NCBI RefSeq assembly: GCF_042680945.1
Contig: NZ_JBHUEQ010000003.1
Coordinates: 88,804-120,803, forward strand
Reading direction: 5' to 3'
DNA length: 32,000 nucleotides
DNA from: Rhizobium helianthi
Lineage (GTDB): Bacteria; Pseudomonadota; Alphaproteobacteria; Rhizobiales; Rhizobiaceae
Below the pieces are notes generated by a model that did not search any database, was not told the DNA's origin, and saw nothing but the letters and a program-made list of their open reading frames with translations. The translations under genes were made by a program, and so were the position numbers. Of the stretch, positions 9,958-18,840 are shown in pieces. Within the stretch, counting starts at the first letter, position 1. The number at the start of each line of letters is the position of its first letter.

Positions 9958-11379
9958 TCAATCTCGCTTTGCCAGGGCCAGCAGTTCTGCATCAGACATG
10001 GGTTCAATCCAGGCTTCGCTGGTGCTGACAGGCGCAAAGCCCATCATCTGGTAGAGAGGCAGGGCGCGCGGATGATCGAGTGTATTCGTCGAAACCGTCA
10101 CCTTCTTCGGGTTCATCTGCCATGCGGAGTAGAGGGCCTGCAGCAGGAACCATTTGCCGATGCCAAGGCCAAGCGCGTGTTCGAAGAGGCCAAAATAGGA
10201 CAGCTCAACCAAGTCGTCTCCGATCTGGTTGAGTTCGAACATGCCTGCCGGTGCGCCATTCACATAGAGGACTGTCAGGCAAATCTTGTCATTGTGCAGC
10301 AGCGCGGAAAGCTCTTCATCGCTCATCCGCAGCCGGTTGTACCAGTGCCAGCGTTTACCGATCTGGCGATAGAGGTATCGGTAGTAGTGCAGGGGGATAT
10401 CCTGTGTCCGCATGAGGGCGGTATGCAAGTTCACCGGCATCGGCAGGCTCTGCCGCGGCGGGGACGTCATTTCCAGCTGCGTAATGCGTGTCTTGATCGG
10501 GCCGTGCACAGGCTTCTCGATCGCATCCGCAGGGCCTGTCACAATCGGGGTATCATCCCGACCGCCCCATTCCGACCAGGAGCCGTCATAAAGAGAGTTG
10601 TTGGTGTGGCCCAGAGATTCCAGCGCCAATGTCACCACCGCAGCCGTTACGCCCGAACCGCAGCTGGTGACCGCGGGGCGCGTGAGATCTATTCCCGCCT
10701 CATCCATCATGGAACGGAGCGAATCCAGATCCTTCAAGTGGCCGTTTTCGGAGAGCGATCCGGCGGGAAGACTGCGAGCCCCCGGCATATGGCCGGAGCG
10801 CATGCCTGCGCGTGGCTCCGGCTCCTCGCCGGTAAAGCGACCCGCACCGCGGGCATCGATGATCTGCGCCGAGCCGTTGTCCACGATATCGCGCATTTCG
10901 GTGAGACTGGTCACGCGGCGTCCGCGGAAACGAGGCGTGAACGTGGTGGCCTCCGGCCTCGGGCTCTCCGTTTCGAGCGGTAGCCCTTCATGTTTCCAGC
11001 CGTCCAGACCGCCATCCAGCACATAGACCTTCTCGGCACCCATGGCCCGCAGCATCCACCAGACGCGTGGCGCGGAGAAGAAGCCGGGTCCATCGTAAAC
11101 GACGATCACGTCCGTTTCGGAAATTCCAAGCTTGCCCATCTCGGAGGCGAAGAATTCCGGCGAGGGAAGAGAGTGTGGCAGGCCGGTGGAGTGGTCTGCA
11201 ATGGCATCCTGATCAAAGAACACGGCGCCGGGAATATGACCTTCGGCATATTCTGCAGCTCCATTCCTCTTTTGCGCGGGCAGGTACCAGGATGCATCGA
11301 TGACGCGGAAGTTGGGGGTTCCGAGCTGCTTTTGCACCCAATCGCTCGATACGACAAAACGGCTCTTTTCAGCGCTCAT
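9958..11379 (-). CDS. 3-mercaptopyruvate/thiosulfate sulfurtransferase (SseA-like, two rhodanese domains) fused to GNAT acetyltransferase
   Basis: N-terminal FRVIDASWYLPAQKRNGAAEYAEGHIPGAVFFD...TSCGSGVTAAVVTLALESLG; C-terminal ELSYFGLFEHALGLGIGKWFLLQALYSAW...TLDHPRALPLYQMMGFAP. Confidence 0.9.
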   Translation of the reverse strand: MSAEKSRFVVSSDWVQKQLGTPNFRVIDASWYLPAQKRNGAAEYAEGHIPGAVFFDQDAIADHSTGLPHSLPSPEFFASEMGKLGISETDVIVVYDGPGFFSAPRVWWMLRAMGAEKVYVLDGGLDGWKHEGLPLETESPRPEATTFTPRFRGRRVTSLTEMRDIVDNGSAQIIDARGAGRFTGEEPEPRAGMRSGHMPGARSLPAGSLSENGHLKDLDSLRSMMDEAGIDLTRPAVTSCGSGVTAAVVTLALESLGHTNNSLYDGSWSEWGGRDDTPIVTGPADAIEKPVHGPIKTRITQLEMTSPPRQSLPMPVNLHTALMRTQDIPLHYYRYLYRQIGKRWHWYNRLRMSDEELSALLHNDKICLTVLYVNGAPAGMFELNQIGDDLVELSYFGLFEHALGLGIGKWFLLQALYSAWQMNPKKVTVSTNTLDHPRALPLYQMMGFAPVSTSEAWIEPMSDAELLALAKRD

Positions 11380-11412
11380 GCTCTTCCTCCTGATGGGAAG
11401 GAGAGGACGCTA

Positions 11413-12150
11413 TCATGCCGTTTCGGCAGGTGTACCGAAGCGAATGCGGAAGCGACGATTCTCCTTACCCTTTTTCTCGATCTTCGCGATGTGAATCGCT
11501 CCAACCTCTTGGGTTTCGGAAACATGTGTGCCGCCACAGGGCTGGCTGTCAACGCTGGAGTCCTGTCCGATGCAGATGAGGCTGACCCGGCCGAGGCCAA
11601 TTGGCGGGCGAACGTTCTTCGACTTCACAATCGACGGGTTGGCCAACAGCTCTTCGTCCGTGATCCATTGCGTGTAAACAGGATGATTATCCGTGACCAG
11701 CTTCATGAGCTGAGCGGTTACCTCATCCTTGTCTATCGTCTCGCTCATGTCGAAATCGACGCGGGACTCGTCTTCGCCAACGGCTGCGCCTGTGATTGGG
11801 TATTCGCATACGACCGAGAGCAGATGGCAGGCGGTGTGCATGCGCATCAGCTTGTAACGTCTTGCCCAATCCACATGCAGCACAAGTTTCTCACCGACCA
11901 GTGGCTGAGGCTGGTCCGGCAGGGGAACGTGGATGATGATGTCCTTGCTCTCGCCATGCCGGGTGGGGGCGAGGCCAATTCTTGTGCCATCCGCGCGCTC
12001 AAGAAAGCCGGTATCGCCAGGCTGACCGCCGGATGCGGCATAGAAACAGGTCTGGTCCAGCTCGATGCTGCCGCCCTCATGGATGGCGGTAACCGTGCCC
12101 TCTGCCGTCGAAAGATAAAAATCGTCTCGGTAGAGGGCAACGGTTTTCAT
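11413..12150 (-). CDS. Alanyl-tRNA editing protein (AlaX-like)
   Basis: MKTVALYRDDFYLSTAEGTVTAI...GGQPGDTGFL...MRMHTACHLLS...QPCGGTHVSETQEVGAIHIAKIEKKGKENRRFRI. Confidence 0.9.
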   Translation of the reverse strand: MKTVALYRDDFYLSTAEGTVTAIHEGGSIELDQTCFYAASGGQPGDTGFLERADGTRIGLAPTRHGESKDIIIHVPLPDQPQPLVGEKLVLHVDWARRYKLMRMHTACHLLSVVCEYPITGAAVGEDESRVDFDMSETIDKDEVTAQLMKLVTDNHPVYTQWITDEELLANPSIVKSKNVRPPIGLGRVSLICIGQDSSVDSQPCGGTHVSETQEVGAIHIAKIEKKGKENRRFRIRFGTPAETA

Positions 12151-12165
12151 GATAATCGAACTCAC

Positions 12166-13203
12166 TCAGGCTGGCTGAAACGGAACAGTGATCTCGCTTT
12201 TCTGCACCAGCCATTGCGGGATCGGCAAGCCCTTGGACTTTAGAAAATCCGCATTGAACAGCTTTGATTGGTAGCGATTGCCATAATCGCACAGAATGGT
12301 CACGATGGTGTGGCCGGGGCCAAGCTCTTCCGCAAGCCGCATGGCACCCGCGATGTTGATGCCTGAAGAGCCGCCAAGGCATAGGCCCTCTTTCTCGACG
12401 AGATCGAACACCAATGGCAGGGCCTCTGCATCAGGGATGCGGTAGGCGAAATCCGGCGCGAAACCTTCGAGGTTAGCGGTGATCCGCCCTTGCCCGATGC
12501 CCTCGGTGATGGAGGAGCCTTCCGACTTCAGTTCGCCATTCTTGTAGAATTCGTAAAGTGCGGCACCCTCAGGATCTGCAATTCCGATCTTCACATTGGG
12601 GTTCTTTGCGCGCAGCCCCATGGCTGTGCCAACAAGCGTTCCACCTGAACCGACGGCGCAGATAAAGCCATCGACTTTGCCGCCGGTCTGTTCCCATATT
12701 TCCGGTGCCGTCGTCTGTATATGCGCTTCACGATTGGCAACATTATCGAACTGGTTTGCCCAGATGGCGCCGTTCGGCTCCGTCTTTGCCAGCTCTTCCG
12801 CCAAACGGCCAGACACCTTCACATAGTTGTTCGGGTTCTTGTAGGGGACAGCCGGAACCTCAACCAGTTCTGCACCCAGAAGGCGCAGCGCATCTTTCTT
12901 TTCCTGGCTTTGCGTCTCGGGAATCACAATGACGGTGCGATAGCCGAGTGCCTTTGCAACCAGGGTCAGGCCGATCCCGGTATTGCCTGCCGTACCTTCC
13001 ACAATGACGCCGCCGGGCTTCAGGAGGCCTTTGCGTTCTGCATCGCGAATGATGAACAGCGCCGCACGATCCTTCACCGACTGGCCGGGATTGAGGAATT
13101 CTGCCTTGCCCAAGATCTCGCAGCCCGTCCGCTCAGACGGCCCCTTGAGCCGGAGCAGGGGCGTGTTGCCAATTACGCTGAGCACGGATGAATGGACGGT
13201 CAT
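12166..13203 (-). CDS. cysK: Cysteine synthase A
   Basis: MTVHSSVLSVIGNTPLLRLKGPSERTGCEILGKAEFLNPGQSVKDRAALFIIRDAE...EGTAGNTGIGLTL. Confidence 0.94.
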   Translation of the reverse strand: MTVHSSVLSVIGNTPLLRLKGPSERTGCEILGKAEFLNPGQSVKDRAALFIIRDAERKGLLKPGGVIVEGTAGNTGIGLTLVAKALGYRTVIVIPETQSQEKKDALRLLGAELVEVPAVPYKNPNNYVKVSGRLAEELAKTEPNGAIWANQFDNVANREAHIQTTAPEIWEQTGGKVDGFICAVGSGGTLVGTAMGLRAKNPNVKIGIADPEGAALYEFYKNGELKSEGSSITEGIGQGRITANLEGFAPDFAYRIPDAEALPLVFDLVEKEGLCLGGSSGINIAGAMRLAEELGPGHTIVTILCDYGNRYQSKLFNADFLKSKGLPIPQWLVQKSEITVPFQPA

Positions 13204-13339
13204 CGACAAATCCTTCGTATCAAATTCAATCTCACTGCTTTTTCATGCTATCCGCGCTTCGGCAAGCAAATCTATACCCCCCAAACCCCTCTCCAGCGCA
13301 AATTCATAGTCGTTTTGAAAAGACGCATCTCACGCAAAA

Positions 13340-13362
13340 GGGGTGGCCAGCGGCCACCCCTC
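13340..13362 (-). terminator. Rho-independent terminator downstream of the 13386 gene
   Basis: AGGGGTGGCC-agc-GGCCACCCCT stem with AAAA on the + strand left flank (T-run on - strand). Confidence 0.6.
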
Positions 13363-13385
13363 CAAGGGAATGCGAAAATGAGATG

Positions 13386-13700
13386 TTAGCACTGGGTGCG
13401 ATCGACCGGGCTTGTGGACGAACCCTCGGTCGGCGTGGCGGAGGGAGCCGCACAAGGGCTGTCCTGCGTCGTCAACTGGCCGGGAGGATTGGTGCCACTG
13501 TCACGGTTGGTGCTGTAGGTCATGTTCGGGTCGATAACCTGACCGCCCGCGGCATTGTTGTTTGCACCATAGGTGCCCGTACCGCTCATATTGTCCGTGT
13601 TGGTCATCGTCCGATCATTCGGTGTCATCGCCGTCTGCGCGACTGCACCGGTGGCAAGACCAAGGGTAAGAACGGATACGCTAAGAATCTTCGAAAGCAT
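13386..13700 (-). CDS. Secreted hypothetical protein
   Basis: Signal peptide MLSKILSVSVLTLGLATGAVAQ followed by N/T/G-rich low-complexity mature region. Confidence 0.7.
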   Translation of the reverse strand: MLSKILSVSVLTLGLATGAVAQTAMTPNDRTMTNTDNMSGTGTYGANNNAAGGQVIDPNMTYSTNRDSGTNPPGQLTTQDSPCAAPSATPTEGSSTSPVDRTQC

Positions 13701-13785
13701 GTGCTTCCTCCTCGTTTTTTTGTTGGAAGGCTTTTCCGTCGCCCGAGGAAAGAACACATGAGCCGCAGAGCTGTTCCCGAAAAAG

Positions 13786-14001
13786 TTAACCATGATTTGT
13801 GCGGGGTTTTGGCGGCTCCAGGCCGGGATCGATGAGGTCCAGCCGCATTTGGACCCCCTTCGGCACATAGAGCGGCTTGCGGCTGGCAAGCTGAATTCTC
13901 TGAAATGTCTTGCGGCGCTCTTCGGCATCGCGCTGGCGCATTGCACGCGAGGCGGCAACGGCGGCGAGGGCATTCTTGACGGCTTCTTCTGCACGGGTCA
14001 T
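13786..14001 (-). CDS. Hypothetical protein
   Basis: MTRAEEAVKNALAAVAASRAMRQRDAEERRKTFQRIQLASRKPLYVPKGVQMRLDLIDPGLEPPKPRTNHG; codon-consistent short ORF. Confidence 0.5.
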   Translation of the reverse strand: MTRAEEAVKNALAAVAASRAMRQRDAEERRKTFQRIQLASRKPLYVPKGVQMRLDLIDPGLEPPKPRTNHG

Positions 14002-14218
14002 GAGCATCTCCGATAGAATGTTCTTGCTTTGTTCTAGTTGATTTTCAGCCGTTTGTCAACGAATCGGTCCTCCCTGTGAAATCGGGCTGTGAAGTCGGGC
14101 TTTGAGACTGAGCGGAGGGCTGTCTATGTGCCCGGGCTGAAGAGGCGGAACTTCGCCCGGCATCGGTTGTTTCTTGATCTCACGGTCGAACTGACCGCCA
14201 TAGTGAGGAGAAACGAAT

Positions 14219-14500
14219 ATGGCTTACAGCCCAAACGATCGCGGCCCGGATATTCCACCGACACGCCGCTCATCACGTTCCACAGCCGTGTGGCTAGGTG
14301 TCGTGGCCGTATTGCTAATAGGTGGAATCATCTGGTCCCAGATGGGGCGCAGCACGGATCCCACCACAACATCGTCGACAACGCAGCAGCAGACGCTGCC
14401 GGCATCACCAGGGCCGGAGGCTCCGGCCAGCACCCAGACAGCGCCCGCGCCGGGCACTGCAGGCCAGGCTCCCGCTACTCAGGGTCAGACCCAACCGTAA
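14219..14500 (+). CDS. Hypothetical single-pass membrane protein
   Basis: TM segment STAVWLGVVAVLLIGGIIWSQM followed by Pro/Ala/Thr-rich tail. Confidence 0.6.
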   Translation: MAYSPNDRGPDIPPTRRSSRSTAVWLGVVAVLLIGGIIWSQMGRSTDPTTTSSTTQQQTLPASPGPEAPASTQTAPAPGTAGQAPATQGQTQP

Positions 14501-14524
14501 CATCGCGATGGGGATAAAACAGAA

Positions 14525-14552
14525 AAGGTCCGGTTCAAAAGAACCGGACCTT
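14525..14552 (-). terminator. Perfect 12-bp stem hairpin, probable original terminator of tRNA-Asn, now displaced by the element
   Basis: AAGGTCCGGTTC-AAAA-GAACCGGACCTT; the - strand transcript continues TTTTCT. Confidence 0.6.
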
Positions 14553-14573
14553 CATCCGTCAGCCTTCGCTGAG

Positions 14574-14591
14574 AAACTGGCTCCCCGGGCC
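14574..14591. repeat. att core (left), 18-bp direct repeat of tRNA-Asn 3' end
   Basis: AAACTGGCTCCCCGGGCC, identical to 31623-31640. Confidence 0.93.
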
Positions 14592-14736
14592 TGAGATTTT
14601 GTAGCAACCAAGATAACCATTGCATCAACAGTGGAGTCTAAAACGCTATATTTTTCAACGGGTAGCTTGTCCATTGCGTCCATTCGGCCTATCTACATAC
14701 CGCCACCCAATAGTGGGAAAAAAGCGGGGAAGGTCA

Positions 14737-15915
14737 ATGGGGAGCCATACTCGGAACGTGCTGACTGTGAAGGGAATCGCGGCGAGCAAATCTAAGAAAT
14801 TGCGCGACGGTGGCGGGCTCTGGCTCGTTCAAAAAGGCGATGGTCGGTATTGGATCTTCTCATACACGCTCGCCGGTCGTCGTCGCGAGATGGGTATCGG
14901 CCCGCTTCATTCGGTCGGCCTTGCTGAGGCGCGCGAACGGGCCGCCAAGGCAAGGGAGATGGTCAAGGAAGGTAAAGACCCGATCCGTGACAAACGCCAG
15001 GCACTCGCCGAGCAGCCGAAGCCAAAGACATTCGGCGAGTACGCTGACAGCTTCATTGACGCAGCGGTGAAGGCTGGCCGCTGGCGAGGCGCGAAGACCG
15101 AAGCGCGATGGCGCAATCTGCTGGAAAATCACGCGAAGCCGATCCGTCACCGACCGATAGCGGACATAGACATTGACGACGTGAAGACTGCGCTGAAGCC
15201 GCTTTGGTGCATCAAGCAGGAAAGCGCCGAAAAGCTAAGGGAGTGCATCGAGCGGGTGCTGGATGCGGCCAAGGTGGAGAAGCTGCGGACGGGCGACAAT
15301 CCGGCTGCATGGAAAGGCAACCTTGAGCATGTGCTGCACAAGCCGGCCAAGGTGGAGGGCGAGGGGCACCATGCAGCTATGCCGCACGACCAGATCAGTG
15401 ACTTCATGAAGTCACTGGCCAGTGTCCAAGGCGTGTCGGCTCGCTGCCTTGAATTCGCGATACTCACAGCGGCCCGCGGCGGCGAGGCGAGGGGAGCGGT
15501 TTGGGCAGAATTCGACATGAAGGCGAAAGTCTGGACCGTTCCAGCCGCAAGGATGAAGACAGGCAAGACGCATCGCGTGCCGCTATCCAAACCCGCGATT
15601 GCGCTCTTGGAGCGCATGAAGGCGCAGTCTGTTAGCGAGTACGTTTTCCCGAGCGTCCGCAGCGGCAAGCCGTTGTCGGATATGTCTCTGGCGAAGGCGC
15701 TCACGACGGCGGGCGGGGGCGCCTATACTCCGCACGGGTTCCGCTCAACGTTCCGCGATTGGGCAACAGACGTCGCGCACGCGCCGCGAGAGATTGCAGA
15801 GGCGGCCTTGTCTCATGCCGTTGGTGATGCGGTGGAAAGAAGCTATGCGCGCTCAGATGCGTTGCAACGGCGCCACACTTTGATGGAGGAGTGGGGTAGA
15901 TACTGTTTCGGCTAA
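14737..15915 (+). CDS. Tyrosine recombinase/integrase (P4-type, N-terminal DUF4102-like arm-binding domain)
   Basis: VKGIAASKSKKLRDGGGLWLVQKGDGRYWIFSYTLAGRRREMGIGPLHSVGLAEARERA...LTAARGGEARG...KTHRVPLS...TPHGFRSTFRDWA...AEAALSHAVGDAVERSYARSD. Confidence 0.95.
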   Translation: MGSHTRNVLTVKGIAASKSKKLRDGGGLWLVQKGDGRYWIFSYTLAGRRREMGIGPLHSVGLAEARERAAKAREMVKEGKDPIRDKRQALAEQPKPKTFGEYADSFIDAAVKAGRWRGAKTEARWRNLLENHAKPIRHRPIADIDIDDVKTALKPLWCIKQESAEKLRECIERVLDAAKVEKLRTGDNPAAWKGNLEHVLHKPAKVEGEGHHAAMPHDQISDFMKSLASVQGVSARCLEFAILTAARGGEARGAVWAEFDMKAKVWTVPAARMKTGKTHRVPLSKPAIALLERMKAQSVSEYVFPSVRSGKPLSDMSLAKALTTAGGGAYTPHGFRSTFRDWATDVAHAPREIAEAALSHAVGDAVERSYARSDALQRRHTLMEEWGRYCFG

Positions 15916-16028
15916 GGCAACCAAAGCGGCCGCGTTGACAACGGGCAATGTAACCGCCATCAATAACTACACCGGCGGAATAATTCACCGTCTGGATAGC
16001 ATCGGTTACAAACCCCTGTCAACACCTA

Positions 16029-16253
16029 TTGGAGGAAAAAATGAAATCAGACAACGATAATACCCCCGCACTCATTTCGCTAAACGACGCATGCCGCATG
16101 ACGTCCATGTCTCGCACCATGCTGAACCGTTACCGCGCGGAAGGGCGGTTCCCTGTTGCCGTTGATCTCGGCGATCGTCGCATTGCCTTCGTGCGGGAGG
16201 AAGTTACCGCCTGGATTGCCGCGAAGATTTCGGCGCGGCAGGTGGCGGCATGA
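16029..16253 (+). CDS. AlpA-like DNA-binding protein (excisionase/regulator)
   Basis: LISLNDACRMTSMSRTMLNRYRAEGRFPVAVDLGDRRIAFVREEVTAWIAAKI. Confidence 0.85.
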   Translation: MEEKMKSDNDNTPALISLNDACRMTSMSRTMLNRYRAEGRFPVAVDLGDRRIAFVREEVTAWIAAKISARQVAA

Positions 16254-16570
16254 GCTCGGAGACGGATCAACCTAACGACATTCTGGATCTGGTAGACGCT
16301 GCAACTAGAGCGTTCCGAGGAGCAGCTTCGGTTGAGGATACAGCAGTCGGATGGGACTACTTCTCCCGCGTTGAAAGCTATGTTGAGATGACATGGCCGA
16401 ATGACAAGGATCTTTTGGATGTTCTTTATCAAGCGAAAAGGTACTTAAGTCAGTTCACGCTGGATCTGCGAAACGGAGTGCCGTCTCCGTTCAACGGATG
16501 GGCTTCCACCATGGGTCGCCTTAGGGCCATGGTGGATACTCCATATGGCCTGGACGGCTACCCCAAATAA
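16250..16570 (+). CDS. Hypothetical protein
   Basis: ATGA overlap with the AlpA-like gene; 106 aa MSSETDQPNDILDLVDAATRAFRG... Confidence 0.65.
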   Translation: MSSETDQPNDILDLVDAATRAFRGAASVEDTAVGWDYFSRVESYVEMTWPNDKDLLDVLYQAKRYLSQFTLDLRNGVPSPFNGWASTMGRLRAMVDTPYGLDGYPK

Positions 16571-16594
16571 CCCCACCACCAAAAGGAAACCCAG

Positions 16595-16855
16595 ATGAAA
16601 ATTCTCTCAATCCGCCCTTGTGACGAGGGCGGAAACACACTCGCATTGTTTGATGCGCAGTTGTCCGACGATATCCGAATGTTCGGGCTGAAGCTGGTGA
16701 AGACACCGCGCGGCCCGCGTGTTTATGCGCCATCCACGCGCGCCAGCAACGTTGCCACCTTTGCACCAGATTTTGCCGCAGCCCTAGCTCGCGCCGCTCA
16801 GGCAGCACTTTACGGAGAAGCCGAACACAATGTCAGCACTTGCAAAGCAGCCTGA
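16595..16855 (+). CDS. Hypothetical protein, weakly SpoVG-like
   Basis: MKILSIRPCDEGGNTLALFDAQLSDDIRMFGLKLVKTPRGPRVYAPST; overlaps next ORF. Confidence 0.55.
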   Translation: MKILSIRPCDEGGNTLALFDAQLSDDIRMFGLKLVKTPRGPRVYAPSTRASNVATFAPDFAAALARAAQAALYGEAEHNVSTCKAA

Positions 16856-18089
16856 TGCTTCACCATTGCAGCCGGGTGACGAAGTTACCCATGAGACATT
16901 CGGCCCCGCCACAGTCGAGCGCGCCGGTTCATTCACCTCTCTAATTGTGACGGTCGGCGGCACAAAGGAAATTGTTGCCAACAGCGGGCTGAAGGTCGTC
17001 AAACTGAAGGCGGCAAACGACAACACGCGGGCCGCCGACACATTTCCCTTGGTTAATCCGGCGCAATGGCATGGCCAGCCAATCCCGCCGCGGCAGTGGT
17101 TTATCGAGGATCTTATCCCGATGGGCCAGGTCACCTTACTTTCGGGGGACGGTGGTGTCGGCAAGTCGCTGCTGGCGCTTCAACTTGCAGCAGCCGCGGC
17201 CATGTCGCTGGACACCTTAAATCTTGAACCGTGGGCAGGTCGCGCCTTGTATGTCGGCGCTGAAGACGATCAGGACGAGTTCCTGCGGCGCCTGGCCGAC
17301 ATCACCAAGGCGCACGGCAAGGATCTGGACCATTTGCTTTTGCTGCGGCTGGTTCCGCTTGCCGAGCGGGACGCGCTGCTCTCCGTTCCCAACAAAAGTG
17401 GCACGATGGAGCCGACTCCTCTTTGGCGCGGCATCGCTTCCTTTGCGGCGGAATTCACGCCGCGTCTTATCGTGTTGGATACGAGCGCGGATTTGTTTGG
17501 CGGCGACGAGATCAAGCGCGCGCAGGTCCGCCAATTCATCGCAATGCTTCGCAAGCTTGCCATTGAGCTGCAGTGCGCCATCGTTCTGCTGTCACACCCA
17601 TCGGTACAGGGAATGCAGACCGGCACCGGCATTTCCGGGTCCACCGGCTGGTCCAATAGCGTTCGTTCGCGGCTGTATCTGACGCGGGACAAGGACGACG
17701 CCGACTTGCGAATTCTGAAGGTTATGAAATCGAACTATGGCGAAGCCGGCAAGGAGCTTCGACTACGCTGGAAGGATGGTGCTTTTGTCCTAGACGATGG
17801 CAAGCCGAACGTTGGATCAATGCTATTGGCTGCAAAGGCCGACCGCGTTTTTATTGAAACGCTCGCAAAGCTATTTCAGCAAGGCCAGAAGCTGAGCCCT
17901 AGCCCATCAGCAACTTATGCACCGAAGCTCATCGCCGCGCACCCCGATGGCGCTGGAATATCGAAAAAGGAACTGGTGGCGGCACAGCAGCGACTACTTG
18001 ACGCGAGACGAATCCGAATCGTCGAGGACGGTCCAGCATCGCGCCGCACGCGGCATCTTGTGGTGTCTGAAAGCGAGATTTCAGACTGA
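16830..18089 (+). CDS. RepA-like AAA ATPase/helicase
   Basis: Walker A LLSGDGGVGKSLLALQLAAAAA, ...RALYVGAEDDQDEFLRRL..., Walker B-like RLIVLDTSADLFGGDE, CAIVLLSHPS, GSTGWSNSVRSRLYL. Confidence 0.85.
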   Translation: MSALAKQPDASPLQPGDEVTHETFGPATVERAGSFTSLIVTVGGTKEIVANSGLKVVKLKAANDNTRAADTFPLVNPAQWHGQPIPPRQWFIEDLIPMGQVTLLSGDGGVGKSLLALQLAAAAAMSLDTLNLEPWAGRALYVGAEDDQDEFLRRLADITKAHGKDLDHLLLLRLVPLAERDALLSVPNKSGTMEPTPLWRGIASFAAEFTPRLIVLDTSADLFGGDEIKRAQVRQFIAMLRKLAIELQCAIVLLSHPSVQGMQTGTGISGSTGWSNSVRSRLYLTRDKDDADLRILKVMKSNYGEAGKELRLRWKDGAFVLDDGKPNVGSMLLAAKADRVFIETLAKLFQQGQKLSPSPSATYAPKLIAAHPDGAGISKKELVAAQQRLLDARRIRIVEDGPASRRTRHLVVSESEISD

Positions 18090-18129
18090 CCTTCAGACTA
18101 CCTTCAGACCCCTTCAGACCCCTTCAGAC
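18080..18129. repeat. Iteron-like array: five copies of TTCAGAC at 18080, 18092, 18103, 18113 and 18123
   Basis: Direct reading: ttcagactgaccttcagactaccttcagaccccttcagaccccttcagac; start-to-start spacing 12, 11, 10 and 10 bp. Confidence 0.75.
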
Positions 18130-18289
18130 TGCCCTGTCCACACACCCCCTTGTACCCCCTGTAGGGTGTGAAGGGGTTTCACACCCGCCCCTGACGGGCG
18201 GGCTTACCCTTCACGCCCATAGCCGACCCGCCGCCAAGAGCGGGCGGCCCGCAACAACCAACCGGAGGAGATTACCAGGATGAAAACAA

Positions 18290-18499
18290 ATGTTTGCAGT
18301 GACACCATATATCGCCGAGCGCCCCATGTGGGTGGAGCAACCTAACGGCAAGGTCAAACAAGAATGGGCGCCCTGCCGTGTCATCGGCATCACCAAGGAC
18401 GATGACGGCGACCCCGCGTTCGTCGTGGAATTCGCTTCAAGCGGCTCGGTCTTCCTGGCCGTTGAAAGTGAAATCAGACGGCGGGGTGATGTTCTGTGA
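18290..18499 (+). CDS. Small hypothetical protein
   Basis: MFAVTPYIAERPMWVEQPNGKVKQEWAPCRVIGITKDDDGDPAFVVEFASSGSVFLAVESEIRRRGDVL; follows ggagga RBS region. Confidence 0.5.
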   Translation: MFAVTPYIAERPMWVEQPNGKVKQEWAPCRVIGITKDDDGDPAFVVEFASSGSVFLAVESEIRRRGDVL

Positions 18500-18607
18500 T
18501 TGCGGCCCGACAATCTCGCGCGAGCAATCAAGAATTATGTGGCGTGACTGTCCCTTTCTTCATTTCCGCAGGGTGTAACAGTGAAGGTGTCGCGCCGCGA
18601 CCTTGCC

Positions 18608-18840
18608 GCCTGAGTACGGACTGGCACACCCCGCGGCGCGGTAGGTGTGGGAAGCAATTGCTTTCAGAAATCCCACCCCCATTGCTACCTGAGTGTACAC
18701 TCAAACCGCGACGCCACGGGCAACATAAAGCGAAGCCAGTTGGCGTGACGCATGCGCCGAATGTCGCCAGAGTGACTAGGGGCAGGAAGCAAACGCTTCC
18801 AGAAATCCCCCATAGCAGCCTGAGTACGGACTGGCACACC
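18608..18840. repeat. Two identical 23-bp direct repeats GCCTGAGTACGGACTGGCACACC (18608-18630 and 18818-18840)
   Basis: Direct reading; ORF-poor intergenic region. Confidence 0.85.

Noticed and set aside
9898-12243. Long plus-strand ORFs of 361 and 417 aa antisense to the rhodanese-GNAT, alaX and cysK genes
   Set aside because: Shadow ORFs in high-GC DNA: no recognizable domains, while the opposite strand encodes clear enzymes.
18080-18129. CRISPR-like short repeats
   Set aside because: 7-bp units with 3-5 bp gaps are iteron-like, without spacer-length intervals; no cas genes in the window.
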